From positions 62,863 through 92,251 of the forward strand of contig NIVC01003538.1 in assembly GCA_002269645.1 (NCBI GenBank): a DNA stretch of 29,389 nucleotides, read 5' to 3'. The notes below the pieces were generated by a model. The model was not told where the DNA came from. It worked only from the letters and a program-made list of their open reading frames with translations, and made no database searches. The translations under genes were made by a program, and so were the position numbers. The DNA is from Macrostomum lignano. Taxonomy: Eukaryota. Shown in pieces: positions 21,901-29,389 of this stretch (its first letter is position 1; each line of letters opens with the position of its first letter).

Positions 21901-24900
21901 CAACGATACTAAAAAGACAATCGAGGTTCTCGTTGACAAAATCATGAATCTGGAAGCTGAGCTGGAGAGGGTAAACATTGAAGCTGATGCCAGCCTTCTC
22001 TCCACGATGCGGGTCATTGGAATGACCGTCACTGGAGCCTCTATCAATAAGGAGCTGTTAGATGCAGTCAAACCCGCGGTGGTCATCCTGGAGGAGGCGG
22101 CCGAGGTGAGCGAGCCGCAGCTCCTGGGCTGTCTCGGGCCGCACACGGAACAGCTGATTCTCATAGGCGATCACAAACAGTTGAAGCCGCAGACTGAAAG
22201 CCACATTCTGGCCAGGGACTACCACCTGGACCTGTCAATGATGGAGCGGCTCATCAATAACGGCATCAAGTTCGATCTGCTCGAACTGCAGAATCGCATG
22301 AGACCAGAGTTTAGTCTCCTACTAAGGGACATTTATCCCAATCTGCGAGACAATACCAGTGTAGTTGATCGCGTATTGAAGCCCTCTTGTCTTGTCCAGT
22401 CAATGTTTTTCTGGACGCACAACGAGCCGGAGACACAGGAGCCCGGACGGCATGGTGCGATCAACACAGAAGAAGCTAAAAGATGCGTTCGACTGGCGAT
22501 GTTTCTCGTGGATCAGGGCTGCTCTCCGGACAGGATCACGATTCTTTGCGCTTACAAGAGGCAGATGAGTCTTGTAAGACGCTCAATGAAGAAAGCTCTC
22601 TCTGACTTCTGTCCGCAGAGGCAATCGCACCGTGAAGAAGAATTCGATGCCAGAAATTCTGAAAACTCTATGCACGTGAAGGTGCACACGATCGATCTGT
22701 ACCAAGGCGACGAAAATGACGTTGTGATTGTGTCGCTGGTCCGATCGAATCCCGGCAGCAACATCGGCTTTCTCAAGACTCTCAATCGACGTTGCGTTGC
22801 TCAGTCGAGAGCTCGACTCGCGATGGTGTTCGTGGGCAACGCTGACTGCATCTACAAAAGCAAGAACGGAGCTAAATGGAGACCTCTGATCGATGCCATG
22901 CGGCTGCAGAACTGCTTGGGCCCTGCAATTTCTCTAAGGTGCCCTGACCATTCCGAAACTGTCGTTTTGGCTTCAGACGTGGATCACGTGCCTCTGCAAT
23001 CTTCGTTCTGTGAGCAGATCTGTGCTCACCTCATGCCGTGCCGAGTTCACAAATGCTCCAAGCCATGTCAACCGAAGCATGAAAAAGAGCATTTAATGTG
23101 CAAAAGTGCTGTAAATTTCAAGTATCCTGATTGCGATCATGAAGGAACAATATTTTGTCACCAAGACATATTTGAGGTTCCATGCTCAGTGATGGTGTCC
23201 TATACATTCCCTGATTGCGGACACTCGGCGCAAAAACAGTGTGGCAAGCCAGAGGGATTCTACAAGTGCAATGTGCCCTGTGAGAGACCTCTGCCGTGCG
23301 GTCACGGGACCTGTCCACTGAAGTGTCACGAGGCGTGCTCGTTTTTCAAGTGCCAGGCGATAGTTCCATTGAAATTCGAGTGCGGTCACAGCATCAACAC
23401 GATGTGTTTTGAGAACAGGGACGCAATGAAGTGTAATCTGGCCTGTAGCCGCACCCGCCCATGTGGGCACCCGTGCACAGGTAAGTGCTCCGACATCTGT
23501 ACGGTAAGGCCATGCCTAGCCGAGGAAAGCTTTACTTTTCCTGAATGTGGTCATACAATTAATGGCAAATGTTGTGAGCTGAAGCACCCGGACGGCAGGC
23601 AAATGGAACTGCAATGCAAAGAGAAGTGTAAGCGCAATCTTCCGCAGTGCGGTCATCGATGCACTGCCATTTGCAGCACCAACTGCAGTACCGTCAGGTG
23701 TCTTGTGAAGGTGAAATTCACTAAGCAATCCTGCGGACACCAGATGCAGCGCCAATGCTATCAATCTGAACAGAGTGTTCGGTGCACTCACGCTTGTGGA
23801 AGGCAGATTGAAGGATGCGGACACATCTGTCAGCTGCAATGCTGGGAGCCATGCTCTCCAGAAAAGTGTAAAATATGCAAAATCGTCAGAGATGGCATAG
23901 AAAGGGCAACAAGACTGAAGGCTTTACGAACTATTAAAGAAAGTGTACGACAAGAACTAAAAAATCTGGCATCACAGAACACACAGACTGTGACACGGAC
24001 ACCTCTAGACCCGACTGATGACGCCTCGGAGTACTTAGATGTTCATGACAGAGTGATGAAGTTTGTCCAGCCTCAGCATGGTTGGAACGCAAAGGTTACT
24101 CGCATTGAAAAAATTTATAACCCGCTACTGCTCAAAAGTAATCTGGAGTTTAAAGCTTTGGCGATCGACCCTTCAAGGGTTGAGGACAAGTTTCACGGAA
24201 CCACGGCTGAGGCTGTTGAGAAAATTATCAACGAAGGTTTTAAGCTTCCTGAGAAAACTGGGATGTACGGTGCAGGGATCTACTTTGCCACAGATTCTTC
24301 AAAGAGTAGTCAGCGTAAGTACACCAAGGGCTCGAACATGCTGCTGTTGTGCTCGGTAATCATTGGCCGATCAAAAACTGTGACGAAAGCAACTCAGGAG
24401 TACAAGTCCTACCTGCAACTGAAGAAAGAGGGCTTCGACTCGCTGTTTGCACCTCGCAACAGCAAGACTAACGACGGCAAGACTAGCGACGGCGTCCTCT
24501 TCGATGAGTACGTTGTGTTCGATGTCCGACAAGCGCTGCCAAAGTACATCGTGCACTATGACGACCTTTGGACTTTGCCAGGGATTCCGCGTCCAACGTC
24601 GCTCGGTACCTCGGGCATCGTGAAAATCTCTCCAAGTCGCTACAAGAGCGATCATAGTGTTGAGAACACTCTGCACCTCGCGGTAGTTCAGGCCGAGTAC
24701 AACAGAGCCGACGGTATCATCGGCCGCTTCGGCGAAATCACGGAGGTGTGGGTGAATCGGAATCCCAGTCTGGAGGACAAGTTTGAGGCCAAGCAAAAGG
24801 AGCTCGCATCAAAGTACGGCGACAACGAGTCCAGCAGGTACGTGCTCGCATTTCACGGCACGAGTCGGGCCAACGCGGAAGCCATCTTCCGGGAGAACTT

Positions 24901-25174
24901 CAGCAGACAGAAATGCGTCCGAGAGGCTTACGGGCCGGGCATCTACTTCTCTGAGTTCACGGATGAGTCTGAGAAGTACGGAGACGCGCTGTTACTGTGC
25001 AAGCTGCTGCTTGGCAAGGAGGTGGACCATCAGGCACGCGGGAGCTCCAGGAGCTACGACAGCATTCGAGTGAGGCAATCTGCTGGTGAGCACTGTCGAA
25101 TGCTGATCATTGCTCATCCAGACCAGATTATGCCAATGTACCGCATCTTCACTAAAAACAAGTTCAAGCAGTGA
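15868..25174 (+). CDS. ZNFX1: ZNFX1-like SF1B RNA helicase with NFX1-type Zn fingers and two C-terminal PARP-type ADP-ribosyltransferase domains; join(15868..15918,17328..18593,18695..18808,18990..19347,20257..25174), four -1 frameshifts
   Basis: ZNFX1-type pre-helicase segment ILPSSEEL..LRPALETGAYSSTEEYVATMFNLLRADCF (spans intron 4), SRLMHGNLLCLS and LMLESPTMY. Walker A QGPPGTGKT (20985-21008), LLVLCYKNHALDEFL, Walker B ILEEAAEV (22085), LIGDHKQLKP, QNRMRPE, TIDLYQGDENDVVIVSLVRSN, NRRCVAQSRAR. All four introns are GT..AG with matching phases. Exon sum plus 4 restored bases = 6711 nt = 2236 aa + stop. Confidence 0.88.
17075..17190 (+). mobile_element. Fragment related to the 3' body of the SINE-like element at 9690-10006
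   Basis: GGAGTCAGCGGAATGGGCAGATAAT (17081-17105) vs GGAGTCAGGCGGAATGGGCAGAGTAAT (reverse complement of 9763-9789); GCCAGGGTGCTCACAGCCC vs GCCAGGGTGCACACAACCC, same order. Confidence 0.5.
17328..18593 (+). CDS. ZNFX1: ZNFX1-like gene exon 2 (Ser/Pro-rich N-terminus, helical region, acidic repeat); -1 shift at the AAAA run 18040-18043
   Basis: Pyrimidine-rich acceptor ttctcccctattcgcag ending 17327. ORFs 17403-18158 and 18104-18628 join as LSLQ-KCLDDGE if one A is added. Donor GTAGAT at 18594, phase 1. Confidence 0.7.
18695..18808 (+). CDS. ZNFX1: ZNFX1-like gene exon 3, symmetric phase 1-1 acidic exon duplicating the 3' end of exon 2
   Basis: AG at 18693-18694, GTGAGT at 18809, 114 nt open: AMSTEEQPETNEEPELMSQHDGAIEDSTEATKALPDDT. 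Confidence 0.7.
18990..19347 (+). CDS. ZNFX1: ZNFX1-like gene exon 4
   Basis: Acceptor tattttttcttccacccag, donor GTAAGT at 19348 (phase 2). Encodes ILPSSEEL..TGAYSSTEEYVATMF, which continues as NLLRADCF in exon 5. Confidence 0.85.
19488..20015. mobile_element. hAT-type MITE with about 100-bp inverted arms in ZNFX1-like intron 4
   Basis: Ends CTGAAGTCGGCAAACTCCGGCCC and GGGCCGGAGTTTTCGATTCCTG. Perfect 31-bp inverted repeat 19560-19590 / 19917-19947. CT-rich then GA-rich interior. Degenerate 8-bp flanks CACTAAGA / CCCTATGG. Confidence 0.72.
20257..25174 (+). CDS. ZNFX1: ZNFX1-like gene exon 5 (4.9 kb): helicase, Zn fingers, ART1, ART2; -1 shifts at about 20344, 20625 and 21381-21385
   Basis: Acceptor ttccag ending 20256. 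ORFs 20371-20652, 20595-21524 and 21563-25174 tile one protein. The frame of the last ORF is open back to about 21380 (KCWRPLCSQCSWRLQSIQPNELYKEIYSSDENKELF). Stop TGA 25172-25174. Confidence 0.9.
22940..23878 (+). other. NFX1-type Cys/His zinc-finger array, about 10 CGH-centred units
   Basis: Eight CGH motifs plus CDH and CRVH variants, e.g. CERPLPCGHGTCPLKCHEAC, CSRTRPCGHPCTGKCSDIC, CGRQIEGCGHICQLQCWEPC. Confidence 0.85.
24000..24560 (+). other. PARP-type ADP-ribosyltransferase catalytic domain 1 (H-Y-E triad)
   Basis: VTRIEKIYNP..KFHGT (His 24194), GMYGAGIYFA (Tyr 24281), MLLLCSVIIG, FDSL, FDEYVVF (Glu 24506), QALPKYIVHY. Confidence 0.88.
24640..25171 (+). other. PARP-type ADP-ribosyltransferase catalytic domain 2 (H-Y-M triad)
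   Basis: ITEVWVNRNP..AFHGT (His 24854), AYGPGIYFS (Tyr 24944), LLLCKLLLG, YDSI. MLIIAHPDQIMPMY aligns with EYVVFDVRQALPKY of domain 1, placing Met (25100) at the catalytic Glu position. Confidence 0.82.
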
Positions 25175-26676
25175 CCCACGGACAAATTTATTTTCGCTAG
25201 CTATACAAAACTTTCACGCGATTTCTGGTACAGTGTGTAATTACATTTTCATTCGCATTCAAATATTTACCATTGCAGTTTTGGAAAGTTTAACTATTTT
25301 TCATTCGATGCTCGCCTAAAATTCCACATTTGCGAGGTAAAAATATTTTTTCTGCTTAATAGCACTAGAACTTTTGTTATTTAGAGATTAATATAAATGA
25401 ATACGCGGACGTACTATACAAGTTCCTGAAAGATTAAGAAAAATGGTTCAATTCAGTGGCAAAATAAATCGTTTATCAATTTCGATCACTGATGCTGTCG
25501 CTGATACTAATCTAACAAACTCGTTAAATACATATTACGCTCGTACATTTATTAACAAATTAAGACCATTTTTTCTCTGGCCGCCCACTTATTAACATAT
25601 ACCCCCACGGACTACGGTCAATGAGATTTTTGCGGTTTAAACCATAGAATATCAAATAGGTAAACATTTTTTAATTATTATATAGTATCGATTTTATGTA
25701 AATGATGAAACATGCACTTTGAGAGAGCTATTTATATAAGCAAGTATATTACAGAAAGAATATCGAGCTCGATTTATTATTATACATTAATTAATAATTA
25801 TATTATATATTATTATAGTATAAACTCTGACATTGTTAAATGAATAAAAACTATTATTATTAGGTATTAATACTATGTACATAAACTATTTTCTAATATT
25901 TTATGTAAATATAGCTATTTAAAAATTCATGTTTCATAAAACACAGTCAAAACGAGTTCTCAGAATTACATAGCTAACCGAAAAAATCCCGGAAAATGAA
26001 AATACGCGCGTATAATTTTGCCACCGATGTCTGGAGAATAGTTTTAATTAATAAGTTATATAAAAGATATACATGTAAGCAATATTCTTAGTGACTTAGT
26101 AGTAGGTAGAGGATTCAAATTTTCTGTCTTCATTTTTATGTTTTACTTTTGTTTGTTTTACTTATAGACTGAGAAAAGTTATAGTTCTTCGAGCTCGTAT
26201 ACTTGTAGACTACTGCACTTAATCAAGTTTTCAAGCCATGTTACCATTTAACATTAATAATCTTGACTATTTTCAATTATGTATCGATTGCGCTATATAT
26301 CCTTCTGTTCCAATAAAAAAATAATTTAAAAAACTTCAAGATGCAGCCAATGCAGTTTTTGCGTTGGAATTGCACTCTTGTTTGCAATTTTATTTATTGT
26401 TTTGCTTGACTTATTAATACTCATTCTTGCACTTGCACGAAAAAAAACTTTGTTAAAATTAAAGCGTTTTAATCTACATCATGTAAATCAATAATGGATT
26501 AAAATCTATAGTGAAGATCGAGCAGTTGGAGTGCCTGGAGATATTAAAGTGATTGGAGTGATTGGGGTTGTTGGAGTGATTGGGGGTGCTTATATCTTAG
26601 TACTGTGCATCCTACCCCAATGCAGCATACATGTAAAGCTAGTCAGCTCTCTAGTTAATACCTTTACTAACCACAG

Positions 26677-27037
26677 CCAACTCTGCTTTACCGGAAATGC
26701 CTGCTGGATGGCTATAGCCGCAATCTGCTTGTTTCTTCGCCGAGCGGTGAAGAATTTGTCTATGGCAATTGTTTACTAGCCAAGTTCTGTCATCCAAAGA
26801 CTGAAGCTGAGCAGAGTGCTCAGCCATCCCAAGCGTTAATCCACTCGCTCAGCGCCATCATGTTTGGTTCGGTGAACTACTCAGACGCTCCACCGGAGCT
26901 GTGCTACAGCAACTGCCCCAGAATATACCTCGCCGCGGAGGACTCGAGTGCGCCATCAAGCAGTACCCCGTCATCGAATTCGGCCAGGCGGACGTCCTCA
27001 GTCTCGGCAGTTTCAGACATTTTTCTCACTGAAACTG
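26677..27037 (+). CDS. Exon of an unrecognised protein-coding gene
   Basis: Branch-like ctaac plus cacag acceptor, 361 nt open (PTLLYRKCLLDGYSRNLLVSSPSGEEFVYGNCLLAKFCHP..SDIFLTET), donor GTAAAT at 27038 (phase 1), GC-rich against AT-rich flanks. No family recognised. Confidence 0.6.
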
Positions 27038-27186
27038 GTAAATATTTCATATCCTCTATTGATGCATCCAAGGACTACTCTGCAAGTAGAAGGACGGGAA
27101 ACAACGTTTCTTAGAAAATACTAGCAATTTAGCCCGTTTAAAAACGAAAATGAAAATATGACTAGAATTTTAAAGAATGGACCCAT

Positions 27187-27415
27187 GCTTCCAGTAAGCC
27201 TTGATATCTCAGCAATTCCCCCAGCTGCAAGCCTTTGACATCCCAGCCATTCCCCCCGTAAGCCTTGACATCCCAGCCATTCCCCCTGTAAGCCTTGACA
27301 ATGACATCTTAGCAATGCTCCCAGTAAGCCTTTGACATCTCAGCAACTCCCCCCCCCATAAGCCTCGATTTCTCAGCAGTTCTCCCTGTAAGTCTTGACG
27401 TCTTAGCAATTTCCC
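27187..27415 (+). repeat. Degenerate minisatellite of about 30 bp, about 7 copies
   Basis: TCCCCCCGTAAGCCTTGACATCCCAGCCAT and variants. Confidence 0.85.
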
Positions 27416-27964
27416 AATAAATATTTTTTGTTTTACGAGTACAAGATGCTTCGTTTATGCTTAAAATTATGCTTCTTTTATGTTTAGCATGATGCTTTTT
27501 TCACATAGTGATCCTTTTTTCACTTTAATGATGAAGCTTGAGGTGATGAGCATAAAAAAGTGGTAATATACGAGCGTACATGTAATTCATTTAGAAAATT
27601 GGAATAAGAAAGCTATAAGAAAGACACAACATATCGAAACATGAACATTGGGTCTGCCTCCTGTCGAAAGCGATTACTATTTTTTGTACTGAAATAAATT
27701 AAAACTTCCTATATCTCCGTAGTGTATTTTTCGGCGAAAACCAGCCTCATAAAACATTTTCTAAGAAACGTTGTTAACCGTCCTTTTCTACGAGGGCACT
27801 TGAGTAATGAGTAGTCCTTGGATGCACAACCATGAGGACAAACCATCAAAGCACAGAGACTGTATGAATATCCCTCGTGCCAATATTTACTCGTAGTTTA
27901 ACCCTTCTCATTCCGCTGACTATACTGAGCACAAGCATGTACAAACGTATAACCAGCCCTTAAG

Positions 27965-28135
27965 ACATCACTGACCAACCCCGTCAGGAAGGGCGCTTTA
28001 CCCAGTGAGAAAGCGGCCCTGCTACCTGCTGATCCGGTTCACCAAGCCGCACTGCAGGGTGCTGCGCAACTTCATCATATCCTGCTCAACCCGATTGCCG
28101 TTGTCAACGGCGACTACTGCGGTATAGCAACCAAG
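27965..28135 (+). CDS. Next exon of the same unrecognised gene; ends at TGA 28006-28008 or, with two restored bases, continues to the donor at 28136
   Basis: AG ends 27964, phase 1 gives DITDQPRQEGRFT. Restoring one base at about 28002 and 28078 gives PVRKRPCYLLIRFTKPHCRVLRNFIxILLNPIAVVNGDYCGIATK, then GTAGAT. Confidence 0.5.
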
Positions 28136-28188
28136 GTAGATTAGACGGAGAGGGGTTTGTAAAGTGCGCCTTTTACCAGGCCATGACT

Positions 28189-29389
28189 TGTCACCTGTTA
28201 GACAGGATTGTCACCTGTTAGACAGGATTGTCACCTGTTAGACAGGATTGTGTCACCTGTTAGACAGGATTGTGTCACCTGTTAGACAGGATTGTGTCAC
28301 CTGTTAGACAGGATTGTGACACCTGTTAGACAGGATTGTCACCTGTTAGACAGGATTGTGTCACCTGTTAGACAGGATTGTGACACCTGTTAGACAGGAT
28401 TGTGTCACCTGTTAGACAGGATTGTGTCACCTGTTAGACAGGATTGTGTCACCTGTTAGACAGGATTGTGTCACCTGTTAGACAGGATTGTGACACCTGT
28501 TAGACAGGATTGTGTCACCTGTTAGACAGGATTGTGTCACCTGTTAGACAGGATTGTGACACCTGTTAGACAGGATTGTGTCACCTGTTAGACAGGATTG
28601 TGTCACCTGTTAGACAGGATTGTCACCTGTTAGACAGGATTGTGTCACCTGTTAGACAGGATTGTACACCTGTTAACAGGATTGTGTCACCTGTTAGACA
28701 GGATTGTGTCACCTGTTAGACAGGATTGTGTCACCTGTTAGACAGGATTGTGTCACCTGTTAGACAGGATTGTGTCACCTGTTAGACAGGATTGTGTCAC
28801 CTGTTAGACAGGATTGTGTCACCTGTTAGACAGGATTGTGTCACCTGTTAGACAGGATTGTGTCACCTGTTAGACAGGATTGTGTCACCTGTTAGACAGG
28901 ATTGTGTCACCTGTTAGACAGGATTGTGTCACCTGTTAGACAGGATTGTGTCACCTGTTAGACAGGATTGGTGTCACATGTTAGACAGGATTGTGTCACC
29001 TGTTAGACAGGATTGTCACCTGTTAGACAGGATTGTGTCACCTGTTAGACAGGATTGTGTCACCTGTTAGACAGGATTGTGTCACCTGTTAGACAGGATT
29101 GTGTCACCTGTTAGACAGGATTGTGTCACCTGTTTAGACAGGATTGTGTCACTGTTAGACAGGATTGTGTCACCTGTTAGACAGGATTGTGTCACCTGTT
29201 AGACAGGATTGTGACACCTGTTAGACAGGATTGTGTCACCTGTTAGACAGGATTGTGTCACCTGTTAGACAGGATTGTGTCACCTGTTAGACAGGATTGT
29301 GTCACCTGTTAGACAGGATTGTGTCACCTGTTAGACAGGATTGTGTCACCTGTTAGCAGGATTGTGTCACCTGTTAGACAGGATTGTGT
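28189..29389 (+). repeat. 22-bp minisatellite (TGTGTCACCTGTTAGACAGGAT), about 55 copies, runs off the window end
   Basis: Direct reading; 20-bp variants lacking one TG and TGTGACAC variants; no unique spacers. Confidence 0.97.

Noticed and set aside
28189-29389. CRISPR-like array (short, partly palindromic repeat)
   Set aside because: Units are directly adjacent with no unique spacers, no cas genes, and the context is eukaryotic. The same applies to the other arrays.

Overview
Eukaryotic (animal-like) genomic DNA: AT-rich intergenic and intronic sequence full of minisatellites, MITEs and SINE-like pieces, around three spliced GT-AG genes, all on the + strand. The intron-borne minisatellites and GC-rich exons recall Macrostomum-type flatworms, but that assignment is only a guess. 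(1) 9314-12669: a 4-exon AGC-family Ser/Thr kinase-like gene (about 407 aa) in which no HRDxKxxN loop or DFG motif can be found. (2) 15868-25174: a 5-exon ZNFX1-like gene, 2236 aa once four single missing bases are restored. It has a UPF1-type SF1B RNA helicase and about 10 NFX1-type Zn fingers, and in place of the usual C-terminal RZ finger it ends in two tandem PARP-type ADP-ribosyltransferase domains with different triads (H-Y-E, then H-Y-M). This is the main find: a candidate RNA-sensing helicase fused directly to a dual ADP-ribosylation effector. (3) 26677-28135 and onward: two exons of an unrecognised gene. Seven -1 frameshifts across the three genes look like long-read consensus errors, though decay is not excluded. 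The long Cys-rich ORFs at 10.9-12.0 kb are translations of an intronic 25-bp minisatellite. No database searches were run; all family calls come from motifs read by eye.
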